This document shows positions 1 through 10,506 of a DNA stretch of 62,845 nucleotides, in pieces (positions within the stretch are counted from its first letter, which is position 1; each line of letters starts with the position of its first letter). Below the pieces are notes generated by a model. That model saw only the letters and a program-made list of their open reading frames with translations, had not been told where the DNA came from and did not search any database. Source of the DNA: a virus (lineage: Duplodnaviria > Caudoviricetes). The position numbers were made by a program, and so were the translations under genes. Where the stretch lies: positions 1 through 62,845 of IMG/VR virus record IMGVR_UViG_3300005528_000064; one strand, written 5' to 3'.

Positions 1-1
1 T

Positions 2-904
2 ACCGTTGTAGACGCATCCGCCGCTAGACTCACATTTGGTAGTTCCATTGCAGAGAACGTCACTGCATTGGATTTAGTGTCCGCAAGCGCCGTATTTGGT
101 GCGATCACTTCAGAAACCGCAACTGCTCTGGATAGTGCCAGTTCTGCTCAGACGTTCATTACTGCGGTTTCTGAAACGGCCACGGCGCTTGATTCTGTCA
201 ATCAAGGGCAGATATTCACGAACACCGTAAGCGAGACAGCAGCAGCGGCAGACGCGGTCAGCGCAACAAGAAGTCTTGCAGCTTCCAGCAACGAAAACGC
301 AACTGCGCTAGATACGGTTGCTACCTCGGTTGTTCTGCTCTCCACCATAGTGGAAATAGGCACGGCGCAAGATGTCGTAACAAACATTGCGGTCATGTAC
401 GCCGATGTTTCCGAAGCTACACAAGCAGAAGATCTTTACACGGCAGGCCGTCTGTTCCTTGCAGACTTGATAGAGCAGGTAAGCGCGCTTGATGCGTTTT
501 TTGCTCGGCTGCGGTGGCAAGTCATTGTTGATACGCAGAGCCCAGACTGGCAGGACATCACAGACCAACAGGGCGCTGGCTGGCAGGTTATTCCCGACGC
601 GCAGACTCCTGTGTGGCAAGCGGTTTCAACGGTTCCTAGTGCCACATGGAGCCCTGTTGCTACAGCACAGCCTAGTGGGTGGACACCAGTGGGAACCGCA
701 CAGTCAAGTGGGTGGCAACCAGCGCCCTCGTCGCCGGGGCAGACATGGCAAAATACCCCAGCCGCTCCGGCCACGTTGTGGCCCGCAGTCAATAACACAA
801 CGCTTGACCTTTGGCAAGCGGTAGGCGATGATCCCGCTACTGTCTGGGACGATGTGAACACCGCCGACCCCACTGCCTGGGTTGATGTGGATACCAGCAA
901 CTAA
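2..904 (+). CDS. 3' part of a repetitive structural (fiber/appendage-like) protein; 5' part is at 62522-62845
   Basis: Frame is open from base 2 (TVVDASAARL...). Its SETATALD repeats match those in the ORF running off the right end. C-terminal 11-aa Trp repeats. Confidence 0.75.
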   Translation, partial: TVVDASAARLTFGSSIAENVTALDLVSASAVFGAITSETATALDSASSAQTFITAVSETATALDSVNQGQIFTNTVSETAAAADAVSATRSLAASSNENATALDTVATSVVLLSTIVEIGTAQDVVTNIAVMYADVSEATQAEDLYTAGRLFLADLIEQVSALDAFFARLRWQVIVDTQSPDWQDITDQQGAGWQVIPDAQTPVWQAVSTVPSATWSPVATAQPSGWTPVGTAQSSGWQPAPSSPGQTWQNTPAAPATLWPAVNNTTLDLWQAVGDDPATVWDDVNTADPTAWVDVDTSN

Positions 905-915
905 CTGAGGTTCAA

Positions 916-2190
916 ATGCCTTCATACACCACAAGCCTTCGACTGGTTCAGCCTAGCACTGGAGAGTTTCCGGGAACCTGGGGCACGGAGGTCAACACCG
1001 GCCTGACGGCGCTGGTAGACGCTTCCATTGCGGGAACCTCCAGCATCACGATGACGGCGGCAAATTTCACGCTGACCACAGCCAACGGCGCATCGGATCA
1101 GTCACGGGCCATGTTCCTCGTGCTTGGCGGGACTCCGGGAGCTTCGTACGCAGTCATTGTCCCTTCGGTCAGCAAGCTGTACTTTGTGACCAACAACACG
1201 GGGTTTGCTCAGACGGTCAGAACTTCTGGCACGGGGATCTCGGTTCCCAACGGGGCTTCCATGACACTGCGGTGCGACGGCACGAACGTAGTGGTGGCGG
1301 AGAACTACTTCTTGTTTACGTCAGGATCTGCGGCGCTTCCTTCTGTCGCAATTAGTGGTGACGCGGATACAGGCATGTGGTCCCCTGCGGCCAACACGCT
1401 GGCGTGGAGCAACAACGGCGCTGAAACGATGCGCCTCGACTCCTCTGGCAACCTCGGCCTGGGGGTGACGCCGAGTGCTTGGGTAGGGGACAAATCCTAC
1501 CAAGTCAACTGGGGTTCTATCTCCAGTGGCTACGATTACGGCGTCAACTTGAATAGTGTTGCATATCGAAGCAACACAACGTGGTACTACCAAGTAACTG
1601 GCCAAGCGCCCGCTAGATACGAACAGCTTGGCGGCAACCATCGCTGGTTCAGCGCCCCCTCAGGCACCGCAGGGGGCGCCATCAGCTTCACGAATACTAT
1701 GACTTTGGATAGTTCCGGCAACCTCTTACGAGGTCAAACCTCTTCTGGAAACCTGAACTCAAGAGGCTTTTATTCGGACGCCGCTGGATATTTTGGGCAG
1801 AACCATCTAAATACAGATGCCAGCGGATCGTTCTATGCGTACTTTGGTTTTAACGGTGGCACGATTGGCTCTATCACCCAAAGCGGAACCACCGCCGTTC
1901 TCTACAACACCACCTCCGACCAGCGCCTCAAGACCAACATCGTTGACGCGCCTGATGCCGCCGCACTGATCGACAGCATCAAGGTCCGCAGCTTCGATTG
2001 GATCAGCGATGAGACGCACCAGCGTTACGGATTCATCGCGCAGGAACTTGTGGCCGTCGCGCCCGAGGCAGTCCATGCCCCGGCAGACCCTGACGAAATG
2101 ATGGCGGTGGACTACTCCAAGCTGGTCCCGATGCTCATCAAGGAAATCCAATCCCTCCGCGCCCGCGTGGCCGCTCTGGAGCAAGTATGA
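916..2190 (+). CDS. Tail fiber with C-terminal intramolecular chaperone (peptidase S74) domain
   Basis: SDQRLKTNI...GFIAQEL...VDYSKLVPMLIKEIQSL chaperone motifs; MRLDSSGNL fiber repeats. Confidence 0.88.
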   Translation: MPSYTTSLRLVQPSTGEFPGTWGTEVNTGLTALVDASIAGTSSITMTAANFTLTTANGASDQSRAMFLVLGGTPGASYAVIVPSVSKLYFVTNNTGFAQTVRTSGTGISVPNGASMTLRCDGTNVVVAENYFLFTSGSAALPSVAISGDADTGMWSPAANTLAWSNNGAETMRLDSSGNLGLGVTPSAWVGDKSYQVNWGSISSGYDYGVNLNSVAYRSNTTWYYQVTGQAPARYEQLGGNHRWFSAPSGTAGGAISFTNTMTLDSSGNLLRGQTSSGNLNSRGFYSDAAGYFGQNHLNTDASGSFYAYFGFNGGTIGSITQSGTTAVLYNTTSDQRLKTNIVDAPDAAALIDSIKVRSFDWISDETHQRYGFIAQELVAVAPEAVHAPADPDEMMAVDYSKLVPMLIKEIQSLRARVAALEQV

Positions 2191-2519
2191 TCACGCTCAT
2201 CGCACTCGTGTTCGCGGCCAGCTACGGCCTGTGGATCTTCTACCTTGCCGTGATGAACCTGAAGCGCGTGCGCGACATGGGCAAGCTCGGTACCCTCTCC
2301 AAGGTGTTCGGTTATCCGGTGCTGCTGGTGGGCTACGCGCTGGATGTGCTGGTCAACGTCACGCTGATGACCGTGCTGTTCTTGGAAATCCCCCGAGAGA
2401 CAACTGTGACCGCAAGGCTCAAGCGCCACAACCGCACAGGCTCAGGCTGGCGTCAACGACTGGCTGCTTGGTTTGAGCCGTTGATCGACCCCTATGACCC
2501 CAGCGGGGATCACATTTAA
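2187..2519 (+). CDS. Hypothetical membrane protein
   Basis: Hydrophobic segments; ATGA overlap with the fiber gene; next to lysis genes. Confidence 0.7.
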   Translation: MITLIALVFAASYGLWIFYLAVMNLKRVRDMGKLGTLSKVFGYPVLLVGYALDVLVNVTLMTVLFLEIPRETTVTARLKRHNRTGSGWRQRLAAWFEPLIDPYDPSGDHI

Positions 2520-2527
2520 GGAACAAC

Positions 2528-3025
2528 ATGCTTGACATCCTCGGCGGGGGCCTTCTCGGGTCTATCTTTGGGGGCTTGTTCCGCCTTGCCCCGGAAGTGC
2601 TGAAGTTCTTTGACCGCAAGAATGAGCGTCAGCACGAACTCAAAATGTTTGAGCAGCAGTGCCAACTGGAGCAACTGCGCGGCGCTCAGAAGTTGCAAGA
2701 GATTGGCGCTCAGCATGGGATGGCCGTAGACACGGGCGTGCTGGATGCATTTAAGTCTGCGCTAGATCAGCAGACCGAGATGGTCAAAGTTGCAGGCGGC
2801 TGGGTAGCGTCCCTCAGCGCATCGGTGCGTCCGGTGGTGACCTACTGGATTCTGTTCATCTGGTCGTTTGTGCATATCTGGTTTGCGTGGAATGCTTGGC
2901 TGCAAGGCATGCCGCCAGTGGAAGTGTTCAAGACCGCTATGTCGCCTGACTTCTCAGCATTGGTTGCGGGAACGATTAACTTTTGGTTCCTTGATCGCGC
3001 CTTGAAGCAAAGGGGTCTTGCGTGA
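2528..3025 (+). CDS. Putative holin (3TM holin-like)
   Basis: ASVRPVVTY motif, TM segments, FWFLDR ending; directly upstream of the lysozyme. Confidence 0.65.
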   Translation: MLDILGGGLLGSIFGGLFRLAPEVLKFFDRKNERQHELKMFEQQCQLEQLRGAQKLQEIGAQHGMAVDTGVLDAFKSALDQQTEMVKVAGGWVASLSASVRPVVTYWILFIWSFVHIWFAWNAWLQGMPPVEVFKTAMSPDFSALVAGTINFWFLDRALKQRGLA

Positions 3026-3504
3026 ACCTCGACGTAGCCGTTGCGCTGTGCAAGCAGTTTGAGGGGTTGCACCGTCTTGGAAAGGACGGACTGATCTATC
3101 CCTACATCTGCCCAGCAGGCTATCCCACCATTGGGTGGGGCACGGTCTACAAGCCTGATGGCTCCAAAGTCACGATGGAGCATCCGCCCATTACGCGAGA
3201 GACGGCTGACGCTTGGCTCATGGACGAACTGCGCCGGGTGTGTGCTTCGGCTGTGATGCGGCAGTGCCCGGAGCTTTTTGCGTGGAGCGTAACCAACGGA
3301 AACTGGCGGGCGTTCTGCGCTATTGCGGACTTCACGTACAACCTCGGGACGGGTAGACTACAGACCTCCACCCTGCGGCGCAAACTGCGTGCGCTTGACT
3401 GGGAAGGTGCCAAAGAACAATTGGCCCTATGGGTGCGTGGTGGCGGGCGTGTACTGCCCGGATTGGTAAAACGCAGAGCCGCAGAGATTGCGCTGCTGGA
3501 ATGA
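3022..3504 (+). CDS. Endolysin, GH24 phage lysozyme
   Basis: FEG...YICPAGYPTIGWG, FTYNLGTG, LPGLVKRRAAE motifs. Confidence 0.93.
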   Translation: MNLDVAVALCKQFEGLHRLGKDGLIYPYICPAGYPTIGWGTVYKPDGSKVTMEHPPITRETADAWLMDELRRVCASAVMRQCPELFAWSVTNGNWRAFCAIADFTYNLGTGRLQTSTLRRKLRALDWEGAKEQLALWVRGGGRVLPGLVKRRAAEIALLE

Positions 3505-3508
3505 TGCA

Positions 3509-5392
3509 ATGCCTCTGAAAAAATTCCTTCCCGCGCCCGGTGTCAACCGTGAAAATTCACGCTACACCAACGAAGGCCGCTGGTTTTCCTGCGACAAGGT
3601 GCGGTTTCGCCAGGGCACGCCTGAAAAAATTGGTGGCTGGCAGCAGGTACTGAACAATCAGTTTCTAGGAATTTGCCGTTCACTGTGGGCGTGGTCATCT
3701 CTAGGTGGTGCGAGGTATGTCGGGCTTGGAACGAACCTCAAATACTACATCGCCCTAGCTAACGGGGGAATGTACAACGACGTTACCCCAATCAGGGAAA
3801 CCGCTACCCTGAATAACCCGTTTGTTGGCAACGGAACCACGACGGTTACAGTTACTGATGTCGCTCATGGGGCGGTTACTGGGGACTATGTAACCTACAG
3901 CGGAGCAACTGGAACTTACGCCAGCACGTTCAACGCTGAGTTCCAAGTGACAGTTTTAACGACAGACACGTACACCATCTCAACTGGCTCAGCTATTCTT
4001 GCTGGAACTTACGGCGGCGCATCTGTTTCTGCGGCGTACCAGATCAACACTGGTGATGTGCTGCAAAACACCGTAAGCGGCTGGGGTGGTGGCGGCTGGG
4101 GACTTGGTGGATGGGGCGTTGGTCAATCATCAACAACGTCCCTTCGTGTATGGAACCACTACAACTTTGGTGAGGATTTGATTTTTGGCCCTAAAGACGG
4201 GCCGATGTACTACTGGGATCCAAGTGCCGGGCTGACAACTCGCGGGGTGGCTCTGACGTCTTTGCCGGGGGCGTCTGATGTTCCGACAGTGCAATCTTTG
4301 CTGATGGTGTCGGATGCCTCAAGGTTTGTGCTTGCCTTTGGTTGCAACGACTACGGATCGTCCACTCAAGACACCATGCTTATCCGGTGGTCTGAGCAGG
4401 AAAACGCAGCTAACTGGACACCAGCAGCTACCAACCAAGCGGGCAGTCTTCGTCTATCTCATGGATCAGCCATTGAGGCTGTAGCTCAAGTACGCCAAGA
4501 AATTTTGGTGTGGACAGATACTGCTTTGTACTCCCTTCAGTACCTTGGCCCTCCAATCGTATGGGGGTCACAACTGCTTGCTGATAGTATTTCCATCATC
4601 AGTGATCGAGCGTGGGGCAATGCTGCGGGCGTTACCTACTGGATGGGTAACGAGAAGTTCTATCTGTACGATGGCCGAGTGCAGTCTTTGGATTGTGATG
4701 TCCGCCAGTACGTGTTCAGTGACTTCAACTACTCTCAATCTCAACAAGTCTTTGGTGGGACTAACGAGCAGTTTGGTGAAGTCTGGTGGTTCTACTGTTC
4801 AGCAAGTAGTACGTCTATAAACAGATATGTAATCTACAACTACTTGGAAAAGGTGTGGTACTACGGCACTCTTGGCCGAACGGCTTGGATTGACACCAGC
4901 GTATCTAACACTGTTCCTATGGCAAGCGACTACAACAGCCGCCTGATCTACCACGAAACCGGGACAGACGATAACTCCACGACCACGACTCTTCCGATTG
5001 AGGCGTTTGTTACCTCAGCAGAGTTTGACATTGACGACGGGTATAACTTTGGTTTTATATGGCGAGTGCTGCCTGACGTAAATTTTACGGGCTCAACTTC
5101 TGAGAACCCCGTAATGAACTTGACCCTGTTGCCGTTGCAGAACTCAGGCTCAGGGTATACCCGAGGTGTTGATCCTGTTTCGTCTGTCACTGCAAATATG
5201 TCTGTGGCGGGGGAAAACTCATTTCCTGTGGTGCGCAGTGCTACGGTGCCTGTAGAAAAATTTACAGGGCAAGTCAACATCCGTGTTCGCGGGCGGCAGA
5301 TGTCTTTAAAGGCATCATCTGATGCGATTGGAGTTCAGTGGCAGCTTGGTTCGTGCCGACTCGATGTGCGGAATGACGGCAGGAAAAGCTGA
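3509..5392 (+). CDS. Tail/nozzle structural protein (P22 gp10-like DNA stabilization protein)
   Basis: Beta-rich, IRWSEQE and GSLRLSHG motifs typical of podovirus nozzle proteins; start placed at ATG 3509. Confidence 0.65.
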   Translation: MPLKKFLPAPGVNRENSRYTNEGRWFSCDKVRFRQGTPEKIGGWQQVLNNQFLGICRSLWAWSSLGGARYVGLGTNLKYYIALANGGMYNDVTPIRETATLNNPFVGNGTTTVTVTDVAHGAVTGDYVTYSGATGTYASTFNAEFQVTVLTTDTYTISTGSAILAGTYGGASVSAAYQINTGDVLQNTVSGWGGGGWGLGGWGVGQSSTTSLRVWNHYNFGEDLIFGPKDGPMYYWDPSAGLTTRGVALTSLPGASDVPTVQSLLMVSDASRFVLAFGCNDYGSSTQDTMLIRWSEQENAANWTPAATNQAGSLRLSHGSAIEAVAQVRQEILVWTDTALYSLQYLGPPIVWGSQLLADSISIISDRAWGNAAGVTYWMGNEKFYLYDGRVQSLDCDVRQYVFSDFNYSQSQQVFGGTNEQFGEVWWFYCSASSTSINRYVIYNYLEKVWYYGTLGRTAWIDTSVSNTVPMASDYNSRLIYHETGTDDNSTTTTLPIEAFVTSAEFDIDDGYNFGFIWRVLPDVNFTGSTSENPVMNLTLLPLQNSGSGYTRGVDPVSSVTANMSVAGENSFPVVRSATVPVEKFTGQVNIRVRGRQMSLKASSDAIGVQWQLGSCRLDVRNDGRKS

Positions 5393-6762
5393 TGACTATC
5401 TGGTCAGCCATCATCAAGCGCTTCAAAGCGCCGTCACTCCCAAAGCCGACAGTGGAGTACGACAGGGCCTACATGGATGGGCTTGTCAACATCCTTCGCC
5501 TGTACTTTAACCAACTAGACAACCTACTGGGGCAGATCGTGGCAACTACTGGCAGTGCAGTCCCAGTCTCCATCGGAGGGACGAATGTTGACGCCTTTGG
5601 CCGGCTGCGAACTAGCGCACCGTACACCATCTTTGACTCTCAGAACCGCTACGCTATTGACAACCAGTTTGACACCAGCCTAGCTACTGGGGGCACAACA
5701 ACGTACCTGCCCAACGAATCATCGGTGCGGATGGATGTCACTACCTCCAGTGGTTCTGAAGTTGTAAGGCAGACTTACAGGTGCATGCCGTACCAACCGG
5801 GTAAAGGACTGTTGCTGCTGGCTACGTTTGTTATGAACTCCCCCAAGACGGGGCTTCGTCAGCGGGTGGGGTACTTTGGAACCCAGAACGGCGTGTTTAT
5901 CCAGCAGGCAGATAGCACGGTTTCGTTTGTTCTGCGGTCTTACATCTCAGGTTCTGTCAGTGATGCGCGGGCGGTCAACCAAGCGGATTGGAACGGCGAC
6001 AAACTGGACGGAACAGGAGACTCAGGGTTTACCCTAGACCTGACCAAAGCACAAATTTTGTGGATGGACTTTGAGTGGCTCGGCGTAGGTTCAGTTCGCT
6101 GTGGGTTCATCATTGACGGGCAGTACATTGTTTGCCATACCTTTGAGAATGCAAACGACATCACTTCTGTCTACATGACCACGGCCATTCTGCCGATTAG
6201 GTATGAGATTACAAACACCGCAGCAACTGCAAGCGCTTCGTCCCTGAAGCAAATTTGCTCCTCGGTGGTTTCAGAAGGCGGGTACGAACAGACATCTATT
6301 GAGCACGTTGCCCGCAGGACAACGACCAGAACTTCGATTAGCACGACCTTTGTTCCTTTGGTGTCCATCCGGCTGGCTACTACGGCTCTAAACGCTGTGG
6401 TGTTACCTGTGAAATTTAACGTGATGCCGACCTCGGCGGGGGATGACTTTGAGGTTATCCTGACGAAGAACAGCACGGGCCTGACCGGGGCTTCCTGGGC
6501 TGCGGTGGCAAGCGATGCCAACGTAGAACAAGACACTTCCGCCACGGCTATGACGGTGGGCACCATCGTAGATATCCAGTACGTGAAAGCCACAAACCAG
6601 TCTAGCGGGACGATCAATCAACCTGCGGCGTACAACTGGGATCTTCAGTTGGGTTCCTCCTTGACGGGGACGAGTGATATCTATACGCTGGGCATCCGGG
6701 TGTTGTCTGGCTCCTCCGGTGCGGCCATCGGGTCTTTGACCTTCTACGATTTGACGCAGTGA
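5392..6762 (+). CDS. Virion structural protein
   Basis: Long ORF with DAFGRLR and YQPGKG motifs; located in the tail module. Confidence 0.65.
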   Translation: MTIWSAIIKRFKAPSLPKPTVEYDRAYMDGLVNILRLYFNQLDNLLGQIVATTGSAVPVSIGGTNVDAFGRLRTSAPYTIFDSQNRYAIDNQFDTSLATGGTTTYLPNESSVRMDVTTSSGSEVVRQTYRCMPYQPGKGLLLLATFVMNSPKTGLRQRVGYFGTQNGVFIQQADSTVSFVLRSYISGSVSDARAVNQADWNGDKLDGTGDSGFTLDLTKAQILWMDFEWLGVGSVRCGFIIDGQYIVCHTFENANDITSVYMTTAILPIRYEITNTAATASASSLKQICSSVVSEGGYEQTSIEHVARRTTTRTSISTTFVPLVSIRLATTALNAVVLPVKFNVMPTSAGDDFEVILTKNSTGLTGASWAAVASDANVEQDTSATAMTVGTIVDIQYVKATNQSSGTINQPAAYNWDLQLGSSLTGTSDIYTLGIRVLSGSSGAAIGSLTFYDLTQ

Positions 6763-6787
6763 TAGGTTAATACTTGGAACTGAAGCA

Positions 6788-8950
6788 ATGTCCTCAAATC
6801 TTGATCCGTCTTTGCAAAAGTATGTAAGTCCAGAAGCATGGGCTAGTCTTAATTCCTTGATGACTCCTGAGTTTACGGCAAACCTAAACTCTCTTTTTTC
6901 TAATGGGCCACTTTTTAGTGGGCCATTAAATATCGCCCCATCTCTTGAAGACATGGGCGTAAAAGTTACGCCATATGACCCCAGCATGGGGCCAATGGTT
7001 GTTCCTGCGCCGCCACCGCCTCCAAAGACAGACAATTTTTTGGGGGTAGACTGGTCAACTGCCGTTCATGGTGTGCCAATTACTATTGGCGACACGATGT
7101 ACATACCTCAGCGCGGGTATGTAATCGAGTCAGAAGCAAGTAGCGGCTACGAAGGACCCTTAGAGAAAATTCTTAGCCAAAAAGTTGATGCTCGTCCCGG
7201 AGAAACGCGCCAAATACTCGACCCGACCGGCAAGGTATTGGGGTATGACGCAGTTGAAGACCCGTCATCTAGTGGTTTTTTTGAGGATTTGTTTGACACT
7301 TCTCTTGGATTGGCAAAAGAGATTACTCCATTGGCAACTTTTGCTGTTGGTGCAGGTCCATTGGCTGGAATGCTTGGGGGTGCGGCGGCTAGTACGCTAG
7401 GAATTTCTGGGCTATCTGCTGCGCAGACTGCCGCGCTTGGCTCTGCAATAGCTGGAGGTGCAAACACGGCGCTGCAAGGCGGCGGCATCGGGGATATATT
7501 GAAGTCCGCAGTAATGACTGCGGCTCCATCTTTTGTAATTCCTCAGATTCCAACAACGGGCACACCAGCAGTAGATGCTGCGATCAAAGCAGCTACACAA
7601 ACTGCCATTCGTGGTGGAGATATAGGTAGTGCTGTTGCAGGATCGTTGTTGAATAGCGGCTTTGCAGGAATAACTGGCGACTTGGGGCTTGACCCTAAAC
7701 TTGTAAATTTTGCTGTTCAGGCCGCTCAATCTGGGGGCGACCCAAACAAGATTTTCAACGCCATCACAAAACTTGGTCCTGTGTTGGACAAGTCGTCTAC
7801 TGGTGGGTATGGCGGCGCTGAGACATCTGGCTTCTTTGATGCCGAGGAAGCGCAAGCGGTTCAGGATGATATTGATAGCTTGTTGGCTAGATATCCTGAG
7901 GCAGAGCCTTCTTTCTTTCCAGAGTTTGATGCACCTCTGTTGACGAAAGAGGCTGGGGAGCCGGTTGCCCTTGTTCCGGCAACGGAGCAAGCGCCGTTCC
8001 TTGAGGCCAACATTGAAGATCCGGCTACGGTTGAGAAATTGTTGCAAGAGCAGTACCCCGAACTGTTTGCTCCTACGCCAGATACGGGGGCGTACTACGC
8101 ACCTATGCCCGAAGAAGAGAAGTACGCTGAAGAAGATCGGCTACTTGCAAAGTACCCTGCGCCCGATCAAGTTGCCGAGCCAAAGACTTCAATGGACCCG
8201 GTGGAACTGAACAAGTTCCTAGAAGCGAACATTGACGATTCGGGAACTATTGAGACGTTGATGCAGGATTACTTCCCTGATTTGTACAAGCAGACCATTG
8301 ATGTAACAGGAAATCGTCCTGACACGGGGGCTTACTACGCCTCAAAGCCGGAAGAAGAGAAGTACGCTGATGAGGATAGATTGCTGGCAAAGTACCCTGC
8401 GCCAGTAGCAGAAAAACCTAGCACTAACATGGACCCGATGGAGCTTAACAAGTTCCTAGAGGCAAACATTCCTGAGCCGGAAACAGTTGAGCAACTGATG
8501 CAGGAGTATTTCCCAAATCTGCAAAACAACCCGGTTGACCAGACTATCACGGTGATAGGAAACAGGCCGCAAGAGGAGCAGTTCTTTGAGTTGCCTGAAG
8601 CGCCGGTAATGCAAGAGCCGATCTACGAACAGCCGCCGACGCCTGAGCCCGAGCCGATCTACGAACAGCCGCCAACCCCTGCGCCAACCCCCGCGCCCAC
8701 GCCGGCCCCATCGCCCGGACCAAGCCCCGCACCGGGACCAAGCCCCGCGCCGAGTCCGTCACCCAGCCCTGCGCCGTCTACGGCACAATCGGGCATGGAC
8801 TTGAGCGGCTTGTTTGCATTGTTGGGCATGATGAACCAAGGCCGGGATAAGCCTGATCCGTATCAGGTGGCGCAGATCAACGCACAAAGCCCGTTCGGAA
8901 GTATTTTTGACCAGCAGCAAGACCTGTTGCGTCTTATTGGAAGAGGTTGA
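6788..8950 (+). CDS. Putative internal/ejection protein with internal repeats and Pro-rich linker
   Basis: Gly/Ala hydrophobic stretch, acidic tandem repeats and PTPAP/PSPAP linker. Confidence 0.6.
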   Translation: MSSNLDPSLQKYVSPEAWASLNSLMTPEFTANLNSLFSNGPLFSGPLNIAPSLEDMGVKVTPYDPSMGPMVVPAPPPPPKTDNFLGVDWSTAVHGVPITIGDTMYIPQRGYVIESEASSGYEGPLEKILSQKVDARPGETRQILDPTGKVLGYDAVEDPSSSGFFEDLFDTSLGLAKEITPLATFAVGAGPLAGMLGGAAASTLGISGLSAAQTAALGSAIAGGANTALQGGGIGDILKSAVMTAAPSFVIPQIPTTGTPAVDAAIKAATQTAIRGGDIGSAVAGSLLNSGFAGITGDLGLDPKLVNFAVQAAQSGGDPNKIFNAITKLGPVLDKSSTGGYGGAETSGFFDAEEAQAVQDDIDSLLARYPEAEPSFFPEFDAPLLTKEAGEPVALVPATEQAPFLEANIEDPATVEKLLQEQYPELFAPTPDTGAYYAPMPEEEKYAEEDRLLAKYPAPDQVAEPKTSMDPVELNKFLEANIDDSGTIETLMQDYFPDLYKQTIDVTGNRPDTGAYYASKPEEEKYADEDRLLAKYPAPVAEKPSTNMDPMELNKFLEANIPEPETVEQLMQEYFPNLQNNPVDQTITVIGNRPQEEQFFELPEAPVMQEPIYEQPPTPEPEPIYEQPPTPAPTPAPTPAPSPGPSPAPGPSPAPSPSPSPAPSTAQSGMDLSGLFALLGMMNQGRDKPDPYQVAQINAQSPFGSIFDQQQDLLRLIGRG
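8080..8520 (+). repeat. Intragenic tandem duplication (~80 aa unit)
   Basis: DTGAYYA..EEEKYA.EDRLLAKYPAP...MDP.ELNKFLEANI...LMQ.YFP occurs twice, with a partial third copy near 7995-8065. Confidence 0.85.
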
Positions 8951-9666
8951 ATATGGATGAGTACATTGACAACTATGTCCCCGATGAGCCGTCAGGTTAT
9001 GGAGACGACAACAACCCGTTTGATCCAAGTAATCCATATGGGGTGTATAGCAACTACGGCCAAGACACGCTTTCTGCGATGGGGGTTGCTAACGACACGA
9101 ACCCGTCCATGTCCTTGAGTGGCTTGTCAAAGCTGTTCTCAGGGCTGAAGAATTTTGGCGGTAAGGCGCTAGATTTTGCGGGCACCAACCAAGGCATCAT
9201 GGCAATCCTTGCTGCACTTGCTGCGGCATCGGATCGTCAGCGGGCAAGTGGTGGTGGAGCCGCTCAAGCCTACGCTGGACCTAAGCCTGTTAGTCGCACG
9301 ATGACGCAAGGCAGGTACGGCCCCATTGCTCGGTACGCTGCCAACGGTGGCTTGATGCAGGCTTACGCCCAAGGTGGCAGGGTGCAGATGGAAGACGGTG
9401 GGTTTGTAATGACCGAGAAAGCCGTCAAAGAAGCAGGAAAACTTGCAGCAGGGGGGATTACATCTCTCTTGCCCGGTGCGAAAATGATCCGTGGGCCGGG
9501 AACAGGAACAAGCGATTCCATCCCAGCGGTCATTCATGGGGCCAACAGTTCAACCCCTGCCAGAGTTTCTAACGGGGAAGCGTATGTCCCGAAGCATGTG
9601 GTTGACCAGAACGGCGGATCGCAACAAATGTACGCACTGATGAACAAGCTCCAGAGGAGAGTGTAA
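8947..9666 (+). CDS. Putative internal virion protein with GPGTGTSDSIPA...NGE domain
   Basis: YAANGG and YAQGG, followed by GPGTGTSDSIPA...VSNGEAYVP. Confidence 0.65.
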   Translation: MNMDEYIDNYVPDEPSGYGDDNNPFDPSNPYGVYSNYGQDTLSAMGVANDTNPSMSLSGLSKLFSGLKNFGGKALDFAGTNQGIMAILAALAAASDRQRASGGGAAQAYAGPKPVSRTMTQGRYGPIARYAANGGLMQAYAQGGRVQMEDGGFVMTEKAVKEAGKLAAGGITSLLPGAKMIRGPGTGTSDSIPAVIHGANSSTPARVSNGEAYVPKHVVDQNGGSQQMYALMNKLQRRV

Positions 9667-10505
9667 TGGCCGAAACCACCGCAATCAGCCCGTCGCAATC
9701 TACCCTCTCTCCCAATTTTGCGTCGTATGTCTATGACATGCTGGGCAAGGGGCAGGGGCTTGCTAGTCTGCCGTACCAAGAATTCACCGGCCAAAGGTTT
9801 GCTGGGCCGTCTCAGTTGCAGTCTCAGGCATTCCAAGGAATAGGTTCTCTTCAAACGCCGCAGCAGTTCCAGCAAGGTACGTCTCTAGTATCTCAAGCGG
9901 GGATGGGTTCTTTCACCGATCCAGGCGCTACGCAAGCGTTCATGTCTCCGTACATGCAGAACGTAGTTGACATCAACAAACGAGAAGCCCAGCGACAAGC
10001 GGACATTGCTGGCACTCAGCGGGGTGCAAAATTTGCACAGGCCGGAGCTTTCGGTGGAGCAAGACAAGCCATTGAGAACGCCGAGGCAGATCGAAACCTC
10101 CAGCAAAGGATGGGCGATATTCAGGTTACCGGCCTGCAAAGCGCCTTCGATCAGGCTCAGAAGCAGTACAACACCGAGCGTCAATCTCAGATTGCAGCGG
10201 GGCTGGGGCTTGGCTCACTGGGTACTCAACAGTTTGGTACGCAACTTCAGGGCTTGCAGCAGCAGCTTGGCGCGGGGCAAACTCAGCAGCAACTGAACCA
10301 GCAGCCGCTTGACTTTGGATATCAGCAGTTCCAAGAATCCATGAAGTATCCGTATCAACAAGCTACGTACATGCAAAGTCTGTTGCAAGGTCTACCTCTC
10401 CAAGCGCGGGCGTATGACGAAGGCCAGGGTATTCTGGGTTCACTGATGCAAGGCGGGTTGTCGGGCTTGGCGCTGTACAACTTGCTGAACAAGCCGGGGG
10501 GTTGA
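9666..10505 (+). CDS. Putative DNA ejection/pilot protein
   Basis: Gln/Gly-rich with FMSPYMQNV and AGAFGGARQ motifs; position in ejection cluster. Confidence 0.6.
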   Translation: MAETTAISPSQSTLSPNFASYVYDMLGKGQGLASLPYQEFTGQRFAGPSQLQSQAFQGIGSLQTPQQFQQGTSLVSQAGMGSFTDPGATQAFMSPYMQNVVDINKREAQRQADIAGTQRGAKFAQAGAFGGARQAIENAEADRNLQQRMGDIQVTGLQSAFDQAQKQYNTERQSQIAAGLGLGSLGTQQFGTQLQGLQQQLGAGQTQQQLNQQPLDFGYQQFQESMKYPYQQATYMQSLLQGLPLQARAYDEGQGILGSLMQGGLSGLALYNLLNKPGG

Positions 10506-10506
10506 T

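Noticed and set aside
916-2190. Diversity-generating retroelement or invertible fiber cassette
   Set aside because: No reverse transcriptase, template repeat, invertase or flanking inverted repeats seen.
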